A stretch of 45,681 bases of DNA, taken from NCBI GenBank assembly GCA_038064015.1, contig JBBTUB010000033.1, positions 1 to 45,681 on the forward strand. Reading direction: 5' to 3'. A program made the position numbers and the translations under genes. Numbering within the stretch: the first letter of the stretch is position 1; every line of letters begins with the position of its first letter. Below, piece by piece: positions 35,735-45,605 of this stretch. The stretch is from Patescibacteria group bacterium. Lineage in GTDB: Bacteria; Patescibacteriota; Minisyncoccia; 2-02-FULL-40-12; IGHO2-01-FULL-4-A. The notes below the pieces were generated by a model. It saw nothing but the letters and a program-made list of their open reading frames with translations, did no database searches and was not told the DNA's origin.

Positions 35735-37231
35735 TTATATCAGCGGCTCCGGTTCCTTTGTTTCAGCTACTTTCATGGCAGGGTCTACCGCGGATGGGTC
35801 GTCGACCGAATCGTTGGAGGCGGCTTTGCCTTTGTGCTGAATGGCGGCCTTTTCGGCGGCGGAGCGGAAGATGCTAGCCTCTTCTTCTTCGATGAGCTTC
35901 TTGGCCGCGTCGGCGGTGATACTGTACTTGAGTCGTGACGCGGCATAGATGCGCTCACGATAGGGTGGGTGGGGCGGGGCGGTAACTTTGAGCGTCTGGG
36001 CGGAGAACGGATCATACGTCTCGCCATCGATGGTTTCTTTGATATAAAACTCCTGCATCCCGAGGTTAATCATGTCTTTGACTTTAAAAATCGGCGCCAT
36101 CTCAGGCTCAAGCTTCACGGCGTCTTCACCACCCACGCGGAAAATGATCAGCGTCCCCGTGTTACCAAGCACGGCGTGCATGACCCGATCAAGCAGCTGC
36201 CCGACGTACTGGTGCGCCATCGTGAGGGCAATGCCGTATTTGCGGGCCTCGGAGAGCATGTTCTCGAAGGTCTCGGTCACCACGTTCTGGAACTCGTCGA
36301 CATAGAGATAGAAGTCATTGCGGTCTTTTTCGGGCATTGAAGCGCGCGCCATGCCGGCCTGCTTGATCTTCGTGATAAACATACTGCCGAAAAAGCTTGA
36401 GTTCTCTTCTCCCAATCGCCCCTTTGAAAGGTTGATGAAAACAATCTTGTTGTTATTCATCAAGTACTCAAGGTCGATCTTGTTCTCTTTTTGGCCAAAA
36501 ATATTTCTTAACATGGGGTCTGAAAGGAATTGCCCCAATTTATTTACAAGAGGTATGATGGCGTCCGTGTCGAATTTCTCCGACCAGTCCGCAAACTCAA
36601 TGGCCCAGAAGCGCTTGACCATGTCATCCTCGATATACTCGACGACTTTTTGGCGATAATTTCTATCGGTTAACATGGAGATCATGCCTCTCATCGTCGC
36701 GTGGGGATAATCCAGCAGAGCGAGCGTGGTAAAGCGAAACACATGCTCGAGGCGCGGCGTCCAGTTGGCGCCGAACTGCTTTTCCATGACCTCGATAAGT
36801 CCCTGAGTAAACTGGTGCTTGAGGTTGGGATCGACGTTGTTGAGCGGATTAAATGAGGTCGGGTAGGCGAAGTCGGAAGGATCAATAATACAGACGTCGT
36901 CGATACGATTCTCCGGGACGAAATCCAATAGTGCCTCGATCACATCGCCGTGAGGATCCATGAAGCACAGCCCCTGGCCATGGGCGATGTCCTGGCGAAC
37001 GAGGAGCTCGAGGAGCTTGGATTTCCCCACGCCGGACTTCCCGATGATATAGAGGTGGCGGCGGCGATCGGGACGCTTGAGGCCAAAGACGAATTTCTTT
37101 TCTTCCAGTGCGGCAATATAGTTGGTGCGGCCAATATACGAAATCAACTCAGGCGCAACTGTGCCCAAAGTCGGCAGCTCGAGCGGCGGCGGGGCGTACT
37201 TTACAATCTGAAGTTTACCTTCGCGAGGCAT
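35735..37231 (-). CDS. VirB4/TraG(VirD4)/HerA-superfamily ATPase, paralogue of 947-2734
   Basis: GKSGVGKS, DPHGD, LYVDEFQN, LSEARKYG..AHQY. Confidence 0.88.
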   Translation of the reverse strand: MPREGKLQIVKYAPPPLELPTLGTVAPELISYIGRTNYIAALEEKKFVFGLKRPDRRRHLYIIGKSGVGKSKLLELLVRQDIAHGQGLCFMDPHGDVIEALLDFVPENRIDDVCIIDPSDFAYPTSFNPLNNVDPNLKHQFTQGLIEVMEKQFGANWTPRLEHVFRFTTLALLDYPHATMRGMISMLTDRNYRQKVVEYIEDDMVKRFWAIEFADWSEKFDTDAIIPLVNKLGQFLSDPMLRNIFGQKENKIDLEYLMNNNKIVFINLSKGRLGEENSSFFGSMFITKIKQAGMARASMPEKDRNDFYLYVDEFQNVVTETFENMLSEARKYGIALTMAHQYVGQLLDRVMHAVLGNTGTLIIFRVGGEDAVKLEPEMAPIFKVKDMINLGMQEFYIKETIDGETYDPFSAQTLKVTAPPHPPYRERIYAASRLKYSITADAAKKLIEEEEASIFRSAAEKAAIQHKGKAASNDSVDDPSAVDPAMKVAETKEPEPLI

Positions 37232-37246
37232 GCTTTATTGTAGCAT

Positions 37247-38044
37247 TTAATCTGTCGTAGAGAAACGTGAAAACAATCCTCTCCGCAATACGGTCCGGTA
37301 GCTTCTGAATACGTAGTAGATAGAAAATAGCAGATAGAAAACGGATAAGAGAAAGGCGATGCCCAGGGCCTGGGTATTGAAAGCGCCTGCAACAATTACA
37401 GCTCGCATACCCTCAAACACATAGGTACTGGGAAGCAGGAGGGAGATTTTCTGGATCCAAAGCGGCAATACTGAGATGGGGTACATGGCGCCCGACAACG
37501 GCGCGATAATGGCGGGAATTGACCATACGAGCGCTTCAGCCGAGGGCCCGATACGCAACGTGATACCCACGGAAAAAAATCCAACCGCAACGGAAAAAAT
37601 AAATAAGATCGCCAGAAACGGTATCAGGTAAAATCCAAACGCGAAAATATTAAACGCGAACAGCAACCACGCGAGCACACACATGGCGGCGATCGAGAAC
37701 AGCACCCGCAAGATTGCCGTAGCGGTAAGTCCCACGATATACTCTCCCAGAGTCAATGGCGAAGAAAAGAGATTGACGAAATTGCGGGTCCAGACATCTT
37801 CGAGGAACGATACCGCGATGCCTTGCTGGGATCGCCAGATAAAATTCATCAGAATCACCGAGCCGATCAGGAACACGAAGGCGTTGAATTGCCCGCCCCC
37901 GGCCTTCTGGATAAAGACCGAAAGCGTTCCCCATACCACCAGGTCAATCGTCGGCCAATACAAGAGCCCCACCCAGCGCCCCCAGCTGCGCCGGTTTAAA
38001 ATCACTTGCCGCAATACAATGCTATAAATTCTCGTGGGCGACAT
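37247..38044 (-). CDS. ABC-2 type transporter permease
   Basis: Six TM helices, LSGAMYPISVLPLWIQ..LLPSTYVFEGMR. Confidence 0.9.
   Translation of the reverse strand: MSPTRIYSIVLRQVILNRRSWGRWVGLLYWPTIDLVVWGTLSVFIQKAGGGQFNAFVFLIGSVILMNFIWRSQQGIAVSFLEDVWTRNFVNLFSSPLTLGEYIVGLTATAILRVLFSIAAMCVLAWLLFAFNIFAFGFYLIPFLAILFIFSVAVGFFSVGITLRIGPSAEALVWSIPAIIAPLSGAMYPISVLPLWIQKISLLLPSTYVFEGMRAVIVAGAFNTQALGIAFLLSVFYLLFSIYYVFRSYRTVLRRGLFSRFSTTD
37312..37346. repeat. Degenerate 7-bp periodic tract inside the permease gene
   Basis: CGTAGTA-GATAGAA-AATAGCA-GATAGAA-AACGGAT, encoding SVFYLLFSIYYV. Confidence 0.55.
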
Positions 38045-38717
38045 GGATAAATAATTCTTCTAAATCTTTTTTACCTTGTTGTTGCGGCAATTCACGCGGA
38101 TTGCCTTCCAGGACGATCTTGCCGCGGGAGATAAACAGCACTCGGTCACATACTCGCGTAATCTCCGTCATGTCGTGCGATGTCCACAAAACGCTGGCAT
38201 GCTCCGTACGCACATAATCAAGCAGGTGCCTACGAATGTCCTCCGCCGTGCTGGGATCAAGGGACGCGGTGGGCTCATCAAGGAGCAGAAGCTGGGGATG
38301 ATTGAGGAGCGACTTGGCGATGCCCAGACGCGTCTGTTCGCCCGATGACAAAAATCCCGTGCGGTGATTGGCGAATTTTTCCAGGTCAAAGGCTTTGAGC
38401 GCGTGCGCGATCGCCGCCGGGCGATCGGCAATCTCATAGAGATACGAAAAAATCTTGAGATTTTCGCGGACCGACATATTCCCCGGCAGGTGCGCATACG
38501 TCGCGGCAAAGTTCACGTGTTCTTTGGGGGGAATCAGGATCTCTCCTTCAGTCGGCTCCACAAGTCCCAAGATCATATCGATGGTGGTCGTCTTCCCCGC
38601 GCCATTGGGACCAAGTAGCCCAAGAATCTCGCCGCTCGTCAAGGAGAATGACACGCCATCAACCACTCGCCGACCCGCATACGTTTTGACTAAATTTTTA
38701 ACTTCGAGGATTGCCAT
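38022..38717 (-). CDS. ABC transporter ATP-binding protein
   Basis: GPNGAGKTT, LSSGE, LLLDEPT, SHD. Confidence 0.93.
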   Translation of the reverse strand: MAILEVKNLVKTYAGRRVVDGVSFSLTSGEILGLLGPNGAGKTTTIDMILGLVEPTEGEILIPPKEHVNFAATYAHLPGNMSVRENLKIFSYLYEIADRPAAIAHALKAFDLEKFANHRTGFLSSGEQTRLGIAKSLLNHPQLLLLDEPTASLDPSTAEDIRRHLLDYVRTEHASVLWTSHDMTEITRVCDRVLFISRGKIVLEGNPRELPQQQGKKDLEELFIHVAHENL

Positions 38718-38718
38718 G

Positions 38719-40002
38719 TTACTTGGGCAAATTCGACGGCGATGGCAGCCGCTTGCTCTCGATGCGATCCATTGTCACCTGGGTAAGCACAATATTGGTG
38801 GGAATATGGAAAAGCGTTGCCAGCTCTTCAGCCGAAAGAAGCATAGGTTCGTGAAAAAAACAAAGATTGAGCGGCAAGTGGGAATTATAGATTTTCCCCG
38901 CCAAGGTTTCCTCGGGGATAAAACGCCGACGATATTCATCGTACAGGGCAACCTGCTTCCAAAACAGTCGCCGCTTCGGAAAAAAGAAAGGAAATGAGTC
39001 CCACTCAACTTTCGTGCGCAGGCGATCAGGCTTGCGAAAACGCTGGTCGTCATTGCTAAACTGTGCGACATAGCCATAGATACCGCGGTTAAGCAGGTCT
39101 TGATTCCAAATGCCTCGGGGAGCGAAATAGATCATACGGATCGTAACATCAAAGCATGCCTTGCCTTTTTTCTCCTCGATGCGCTTAAGCGTTTTCTCCT
39201 CGCCCTGGGTACGAAAACGCAAACGGATTGCCGGACCATCTCCTTTGCCATGCTCATCACCTTGTGTCGCGTTTTTAAATTTATCAACGATTTTTTTAGC
39301 TCCCTCAAGCCAGTGCCCCTTGATGCCCTCTCTCGTATCGGGGGCAATCAAGTACTGCACCCACGCGGTTTCTTCCGGCTTCATCTTGCCGATAATTTCC
39401 AAAACACTCGCCATCGAGTCCAGAATTCTTCCCTTCTCATCGCCGACTTTTGGCTCAAAATCAATATAGGTATTAATAACATAGGCAGGATCCTTTTTTT
39501 GGACAATCTCTAAGCCATACAGCTCATAGCCATCGGCGCGAAGCTCTTGATACGTCGGTGGAAAGTCCTTGATATAATCGTGGTCGGCTTCCTTGATCTC
39601 AATATCGGGATACTGCGCGTAAAACGAAGATACGAAAGGATGCATGAGGGGCCGCGGAATACGCAAGTATAACCTGGTAACCTTGTTTGAGCCGACGATC
39701 TCGAGGCTGAACCATCGCGTGATCTCGCCGTCAATCCAGGTCTCCTTGGGACCGTCTTGCCGATTGCGAAGATTGTAAACGCTCGCAAAGACCTGCTCCA
39801 TCGCTTTTGGGCCGCGGGTGGTTTCACGAGGGACCTGGATTTCCAACAAAACCCACTTAATCCGGCTTTTATAACCGGCCTGGCGCCAAAACATCCAACA
39901 GCTCCGCGCCATAGCGAATGTTGCAGCAAATAGAACCAAGTAAAAAACCCAGTCAATCCAACCCACGAATGCTTGAAAATAATGCATGAAATCAGTGGTC
40001 AT
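38719..40002 (-). CDS. Membrane-anchored conserved protein, typically adjacent to CPR VirB4/TraG-like ATPases (copy 1)
   Basis: N-terminal TM; LEIQVPRE..GPKAMEQ, YAQYPDIEI, LSAEELATLFHIP..PSNLP. Confidence 0.75.
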   Translation of the reverse strand: MTTDFMHYFQAFVGWIDWVFYLVLFAATFAMARSCWMFWRQAGYKSRIKWVLLEIQVPRETTRGPKAMEQVFASVYNLRNRQDGPKETWIDGEITRWFSLEIVGSNKVTRLYLRIPRPLMHPFVSSFYAQYPDIEIKEADHDYIKDFPPTYQELRADGYELYGLEIVQKKDPAYVINTYIDFEPKVGDEKGRILDSMASVLEIIGKMKPEETAWVQYLIAPDTREGIKGHWLEGAKKIVDKFKNATQGDEHGKGDGPAIRLRFRTQGEEKTLKRIEEKKGKACFDVTIRMIYFAPRGIWNQDLLNRGIYGYVAQFSNDDQRFRKPDRLRTKVEWDSFPFFFPKRRLFWKQVALYDEYRRRFIPEETLAGKIYNSHLPLNLCFFHEPMLLSAEELATLFHIPTNIVLTQVTMDRIESKRLPSPSNLPK

Positions 40003-41273
40003 TCCGGCAAGTTAGTCGGTGATGGCAGGCGCTTACTTTCGATGCGCTCCACGGTAGTCTGGGTAAGCACCACGTTCGTGGGAATATGAAACAACGTCGC
40101 CAGTTCTTCCACGCTCAGCGCCATCGGCTTATGGAAAAAGCACCAGCACCAAAAATATGAGTTATACAATTTTCCTGCAAATGTTTCTTCCGGCACGAAG
40201 CGATTGAGAAATTCGTCATACAGCGCATGGCGCCTCCAATACCCCCGTAGGTTGTGAAACACCCACGGAAAATAATACCACTCCGCTTTGGTCATCACGT
40301 GAACATTGCGTTCGAGAACTTGGTAGTCATGGCGGAATTGATTGAAATACGTCTGAATGCCACGATACCCGATGTTAAAGTTATAGATTTCTTTTGGTGC
40401 AATATACAAGTAACGAATCGTTGTCTCAAAGGCGCCCCGTTCTCGCTTTTCCTCAAGCCGCTTGATGACACCTTCCTCGCCGGGCGTGCGAAAGCGGAAA
40501 CGATACTGCGGCTTGCCTTCCCGGTCTTGGCCAAGCTGCTGGGTCGTATTCCGAAGGCTCTCAAGCGTATGTTCAAGCTCTTCTTCCCAATGCTTATGAA
40601 TATCGGGCACGAGGATAAACTGCACGGCAATCATTTCCGATTCATGAAGATTACTGACGAGCTCCAGTAACACCGAGAAGGGATCAATGATGCGCCCTTT
40701 TTCATCACCGGTCTCCTGCTCAAATTCAGAGTACGTTCGGATAGAAAAGGCCGGTGGTTTTGTCTGTAAAAGCTCATTGCCCCAAAATTCATAGCCTTGG
40801 GCCGCCAGCTCATCATAGGAAGCGGGAAGGGCGGCGGGGTAAGGATCCGCAGTCTCAATGATTTCAATCTCCGGGTAGTTAGCATAGAGCAATCCCTCCA
40901 CCGCGGGCGCAAGCCGATACGATACCCGCATATAAAAGCGTACCTCATTGTTTTTTCCAATAATATCTATGACATGCCAGCGGGGCACCTCCCCTTCCCA
41001 GTATTTCTTATACGGACCGTTGGGTCGATTTGCTAAGGGAAAAAGTGCGGCAAAAAACTGCTCCATGGCTTTGGGGCCCTTCAGCACTTCCCGGGGAATT
41101 TTGATCTCAAAAAAAACCCAGGGGATGTTTTTGCGACTGGTTTTGTAGCATTCTTCGCGCCAAAACATCCAGCAGCTCCACGCCACCGGCACCGAAATGG
41201 CAAACGCGATGATATAGAGGACCCAGTCAAGATACACCACAATATCCCAGAGTCCCGTGAGCAGGCTTCCCAT
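39999..41273 (-). CDS. Tandem paralogue of 38719-40002 (copy 2)
   Basis: Same motifs: EIKIPRE..GPKAMEQ, GDEKGRI, FVPEETFAGKLYNS, EELATLFHIPTN..RIESKRLPSP.NLP. Confidence 0.75.
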   Translation of the reverse strand: MGSLLTGLWDIVVYLDWVLYIIAFAISVPVAWSCWMFWREECYKTSRKNIPWVFFEIKIPREVLKGPKAMEQFFAALFPLANRPNGPYKKYWEGEVPRWHVIDIIGKNNEVRFYMRVSYRLAPAVEGLLYANYPEIEIIETADPYPAALPASYDELAAQGYEFWGNELLQTKPPAFSIRTYSEFEQETGDEKGRIIDPFSVLLELVSNLHESEMIAVQFILVPDIHKHWEEELEHTLESLRNTTQQLGQDREGKPQYRFRFRTPGEEGVIKRLEEKRERGAFETTIRYLYIAPKEIYNFNIGYRGIQTYFNQFRHDYQVLERNVHVMTKAEWYYFPWVFHNLRGYWRRHALYDEFLNRFVPEETFAGKLYNSYFWCWCFFHKPMALSVEELATLFHIPTNVVLTQTTVERIESKRLPSPTNLPE

Positions 41274-41300
41274 GGTTTTAGTATACCAGAGATGCGAAAA

Positions 41301-42308
41301 TTATGCCTCCTTGAGTGCAATATGGCCTTCGGCGGTTTCTTGGAAAAGCTTTTTGTCCTGCATGCCGAGGACGACGGTGTTGGGCTTCACCATGCGTGCA
41401 GCCATCACATGGGCGATGATTTTGTCCTTGGATTGCGGACCCTCGCTCCGGAGCAAATTGGCGATCACTTCCTTGACCGTGCCCGGTTCATAGCCCCACT
41501 CGGAAAGGCCGTAGATGCCGCGACCGACGAGGACGAAGCGATTGTCTTTGATAAGCTCGTTATGCACCGTCTGGACATGGGCTTTGCGAGTGCCAAAATT
41601 GGCGGAATTGATCAACTGGGTAATTTCGCGAAAATGCTTGGGCGCGCCCTCTTTTTTAAGAACCAAAAATGATTTATCGCGGACGCCGCGCGGCTTGATT
41701 TCCGGCCATGAGGTCAGTCCCACTTCATTGAAAACATTTTTGCCGATATTTTTGGAAACGGAAAGATAGGATGCCAAGGAGGGAGTCATCGCCTCGGATT
41801 CCGGCATAACCTGCTTTTGCTTTTCGAGCATGGTTACAAATTGCGCGACTTCAGAGCGAAATGCTTCCGCACGCTCCGGCGTCACGCTCCAAAACGCGTG
41901 GAAGTCATTATCTTCCAATGAGCGGTCAAATTGCTTGGCAAGGGTCAAAATAAAGACCAGCGAGGCATTGGTCGGGGTCTCTTCGCTGCTTCCGGAAAAT
42001 CGCGAAAAAAGCTCATCCTCGCGGACAACGCCGTCACTCGATTCGAGGATCTCCCGGGCAAGCACGATAAACGGACGGATTTGAGTACCGGCTCCCTCGA
42101 GCGATTCACGGATCTGCGCCAGGGAAGCTTCTTCAATCTGACGCACTCGTTCACGGGTAATCTGGTAGCTTACGCCGATGGACTCCAGAGTCTCCTTCGC
42201 GCCCGTTTTCAGCCCAAAGCGCCGCCCGATAATCTCGCGATTCCTGGGGTTTAGCCCCGAAGTAAGCTGGGAAACGATCTTTTTGATGTGGCTATTGCTT
42301 TCGGTCAT
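41301..42308 (-). CDS. Sigma-70 region-4 HTH plus RNAP-delta/HARE-type winged-HTH protein
   Basis: RRFGL..ETLESIG..YQITRERVRQIE at the N-terminus; HFREI..TVHNELIKDNRFVLVGRGIYGLSEWGY. Confidence 0.8.
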   Translation of the reverse strand: MTESNSHIKKIVSQLTSGLNPRNREIIGRRFGLKTGAKETLESIGVSYQITRERVRQIEEASLAQIRESLEGAGTQIRPFIVLAREILESSDGVVREDELFSRFSGSSEETPTNASLVFILTLAKQFDRSLEDNDFHAFWSVTPERAEAFRSEVAQFVTMLEKQKQVMPESEAMTPSLASYLSVSKNIGKNVFNEVGLTSWPEIKPRGVRDKSFLVLKKEGAPKHFREITQLINSANFGTRKAHVQTVHNELIKDNRFVLVGRGIYGLSEWGYEPGTVKEVIANLLRSEGPQSKDKIIAHVMAARMVKPNTVVLGMQDKKLFQETAEGHIALKEA

Positions 42309-42351
42309 ATACGTAGAATTAAGATATCATATTCTTGTTTTTTCGTCAACT

Positions 42352-43230
42352 CTATGCCTTTTTGCGCCTTTGATGCCACCAGACGACGATCGGTGAAGCG
42401 ACGAAAATCGAGGAATACGTGCCGGCGACAATTCCGATAATAAGCGCCAGCGCAAAGTACTTGATCGACTCCCCGCCAAAGAAGAAAATGGCCAACAAGC
42501 TCAAAAGCGTCGTCATAGAGGTGTTGATGGAGCGGGTCAGCGTCTGCATGATGCTTTTATGCATCAACTCGGGGAAGGATTCTTTGCTCCCATAGCGAAT
42601 GACATTTTCCCGAACACGGTCAAAGACCACCACGGTATCGGAAACGGAATACCCGAGAATCGTAAGCGCAGCGGCGACAAACACCGCGCCGATCTCCGCG
42701 ATACCATAGTATCCCAAGAGCGAAAAAACACCGATGGGAATGATGAGATCATGCAAGAGTGCGAATACCGCCGCGATCCCAAGCGCCCATGGAGAAAGCA
42801 CGCGCGACATACTTCGAAACACAAACGAGATATAGATGATAATCGCGGCGAGCAAGATAACAACCGCCTGAATGCTTTTTGTTTTGAGTTCCTTGCCGAC
42901 AATCGGCCCGATATTATCAAAACGCTGCTGGGTGACAGGCCCGTGCTTTGCAGAAAGTGTCGTGATGATTTCCTGGCGCTTTTCGTCGGTGATCGTCCGA
43001 GACCGGATGATGATATTCGTATCTCCTGAAGCAAGCACGGTGGCATCGGGAATCGTAATCGCTTCCGAAGGCCTTCCCTTTTCAAACTTTAGCTCCAGCA
43101 CCGATCCGCCACGAAAATCTGCGCTCAAAAAACTTCCCCCGGTTTTACTCCATACCACACCGGCCACCACCAACGCGGAGATGGTCAAGAGCACGGAAAA
43201 CACGAAGAAAATTTTGTAGACGGGTCTCAT
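42352..43230 (-). CDS. secF: Protein translocase subunit SecF
   Basis: DFRGGS, IGP.VG.EL, ALLHD, GYSVSDTVVVFDRVREN, GTYSSIFVASP. Confidence 0.96.
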   Translation of the reverse strand: MRPVYKIFFVFSVLLTISALVVAGVVWSKTGGSFLSADFRGGSVLELKFEKGRPSEAITIPDATVLASGDTNIIIRSRTITDEKRQEIITTLSAKHGPVTQQRFDNIGPIVGKELKTKSIQAVVILLAAIIIYISFVFRSMSRVLSPWALGIAAVFALLHDLIIPIGVFSLLGYYGIAEIGAVFVAAALTILGYSVSDTVVVFDRVRENVIRYGSKESFPELMHKSIMQTLTRSINTSMTTLLSLLAIFFFGGESIKYFALALIIGIVAGTYSSIFVASPIVVWWHQRRKKA

Positions 43231-43232
43231 GT

Positions 43233-44498
43233 TTAGAATAACCATTTCTTATTGGCGAACCAGGGTCCCTTGGCAAGATTGGTAAACGCGCGGGTTACTA
43301 CGATAGAGCTGAACAAGCTCATCAGCACCCCGATGCCCAGGGTCAGCGCGAAGCCTTTCACGATTGAGGTGGTGAAGATATAAAGAATCGCGGAGCCAAG
43401 GAGCGTTGTCACATGGCTGTCACGGATCGAGTACCACGCGCGATGAAAGCCCTCGTGGATCGACTGCGGGAGCGTCCGCCCCGCCTTGAGTTCCTCACGC
43501 AATCGCGCGAAAATCAGCACGTTGGCGTCCACCGCAATACCGAGCGAAAGTATGAACCCGGCAATACCCGCAAGCGTGATGGTGACTGGAAGGAGTTTAT
43601 AAATCGTAAGCACCAGAATCGTGTAGATGATCAGCGCCAACACGGCCGCAACTCCTGGCAAACGATAAAACAGGATCATAAAAAGCGCAACGGCGAGAAG
43701 CGCGTAGAGCCCGGCACGAAGCGACGTGGACAACGACTCAGCCCCCAATGACGCACCGATCGTCTGCTGAGAGATCAGGGTGATCGGTACGGGCAAGGCG
43801 CCAGCGTTGAGCCGCCCCACGAGATCTTTGACTTCCTGCAGCATGAACTGGCCGCTGATAATGGCTTTGCCATCGGTGATCTCGGACTGCACGATGGGAA
43901 TGCTGATCGGCTGGCCATCCAAAAAAATCGCGACCGGCTTATTGAGATTCTTCCGAGTAATCTCAGCAAAAAGCTTGGTTCCTTCATCGGTGAGATTAAG
44001 TTCAACTTGGGGTTGGTTCGTCGTCGGATCATTCTGCCACGCTGATTTTTTGAGGTGTCTACCCGTCAAACCCGTAGGAATAAACGACGCGCTTGCGGTA
44101 TCGTCGCTTAGCTCTCGGAACTCCAAGAACGGCGTCTGGCCGATGAGGCTTTTTGCTTCATCAATGTCCTGGATCCCGGCAAGCTCGACGATCAGGCGAT
44201 CATTGCCCTCGATCTGGACATTTGGCTCGGAAACGCCGAATAAATTGACGCGGCGCTCGATGACATCGCGAACGCTCGCCATAGCAGCCTTTGGATCCTG
44301 ATTGAGATCTGAGAGATCGGCTTGATACTCCAGGTGCGCCCCCCCTTGCAAATCAAGACCAAGCCGAAATGGCGGGGCAAACGTAAGATGCGGCGCGTTG
44401 ACTTTGTCGGCAATTTTATCCCATGCCTGTGGATAGACAAAAAAGCCCAAAAAAATGGAAACTAGAATGATGATGAGTAGCGAAAGCTTTGAGGTCAT
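43233..44498 (-). CDS. secD: Protein translocase subunit SecD
   Basis: LGLDLQGG, IERRVNLFGVSEP, AGALPVP, IGASLG, GIAVDANVLIF, KGFALTL. Confidence 0.97.
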   Translation of the reverse strand: MTSKLSLLIIILVSIFLGFFVYPQAWDKIADKVNAPHLTFAPPFRLGLDLQGGAHLEYQADLSDLNQDPKAAMASVRDVIERRVNLFGVSEPNVQIEGNDRLIVELAGIQDIDEAKSLIGQTPFLEFRELSDDTASASFIPTGLTGRHLKKSAWQNDPTTNQPQVELNLTDEGTKLFAEITRKNLNKPVAIFLDGQPISIPIVQSEITDGKAIISGQFMLQEVKDLVGRLNAGALPVPITLISQQTIGASLGAESLSTSLRAGLYALLAVALFMILFYRLPGVAAVLALIIYTILVLTIYKLLPVTITLAGIAGFILSLGIAVDANVLIFARLREELKAGRTLPQSIHEGFHRAWYSIRDSHVTTLLGSAILYIFTTSIVKGFALTLGIGVLMSLFSSIVVTRAFTNLAKGPWFANKKWLF

Positions 44499-44501
44499 GG
44501 A

Positions 44502-45605
44502 TTAATCGAGTTTTTCACGTGTCGTCTTGGGTTTTTGCTTTTCCAACCACGCTTTCACATACAACGTAGCACGAACATCATCTTCGTTGTATTTGAGGAT
44601 TTTGTCAAGAATGGCAGGGTCTTTCGTTTTGAGATACTCGTTGTACCACACGACTGATTCCGCCCCTCCGGCGTCCTGGGATTGCCACTGAAATCCGAGA
44701 TATTTAGCCACGTCTTTGAGGCTATAAAAATAAAGCGGCAACACGACTGCCTCGGTGGTTATTTTGAGAAGATCAATCGCATGGCTTTTAAATTTAGCAT
44801 CGAGCTCCAGAGAAATCCCGTACTCCTTGGCAAAGCGATCAAAGACCTGGCGTTCATAGTACGAATAGTGGTAGATCACAAAGTCATCCAGTCCCTCGAG
44901 AAAATTCAAAAATTCACGCCAGATTCGCTCTTCGTCGTGTTTGTCTTTGGCAAGAAATGCTTGGTACTCTGTTTTCGTTCCTCGTTTGATCAGCACGCCG
45001 AGCAAATAATCAATGCCACCCGTCGGATCCGACTCGATATCAAAATAGATCTCGGTGGCGACGACCGGAAAATCGGGTTTCTTCAAGATCATCGGCTCAT
45101 TGGTCAGTAAAACATTGGCCTGATTATGAAAGCGCAGGATTTTGTCGAATTGCCAATCCTCCAGTTGGCTCGCCAAATCATCCATCTTGGCAACCGCGAG
45201 ATCTTTTACCGTATGAATGCCGAGCTCGTAGAGCCGTCGCTGGTCATTTTGGCTCAAGCGATGGACGAGCGAAACATCGTCACAGCCCTTGGTATCTTCC
45301 AGGCACAGCGAATACCACGGCGATTGTTTGCAGGAGCTTTTGAGAAATGGCGGCGGCTTTTCGCCTTCCAGGACGCGCTCGATGCGCTCGCGGGTCAAGT
45401 GAAAATAATCAAGAAAATCATCGACGACAAAGCCCTGCTCTTCGCCCGCGGCATTAATGATGTACGCTTCGCGGGGCAGTACCCCTTGAATTCTTTCCAA
45501 AATGACCGAATAGAACGCGAGCTGAAACTTGTGCTCGTCTTTGATCTCGGCACTGCTCTTGATATCATAGACGACGTAGTAGTGATCGCCGAACGCTGAC
45601 TTCAT
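44502..45605 (-). CDS. TM0106-family RecB-like nuclease with RNase H-like C-terminal domain (probably N-terminally truncated)
   Basis: YDIK, FQLAFY, YFDIESDP, IYHYSYYE, IDL, YSLKDVA..GF.W, YNEDDVRAT. Confidence 0.8.
   Translation of the reverse strand: MKSAFGDHYYVVYDIKSSAEIKDEHKFQLAFYSVILERIQGVLPREAYIINAAGEEQGFVVDDFLDYFHLTRERIERVLEGEKPPPFLKSSCKQSPWYSLCLEDTKGCDDVSLVHRLSQNDQRRLYELGIHTVKDLAVAKMDDLASQLEDWQFDKILRFHNQANVLLTNEPMILKKPDFPVVATEIYFDIESDPTGGIDYLLGVLIKRGTKTEYQAFLAKDKHDEERIWREFLNFLEGLDDFVIYHYSYYERQVFDRFAKEYGISLELDAKFKSHAIDLLKITTEAVVLPLYFYSLKDVAKYLGFQWQSQDAGGAESVVWYNEYLKTKDPAILDKILKYNEDDVRATLYVKAWLEKQKPKTTREKLD

Noticed and set aside
446-45599. Numerous antisense and alternative-frame ORFs (e.g. 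446-1300, 8360-9190, 2118-2780)
   Set aside because: They overlap well-supported genes and lack motifs; treated as shadow ORFs.
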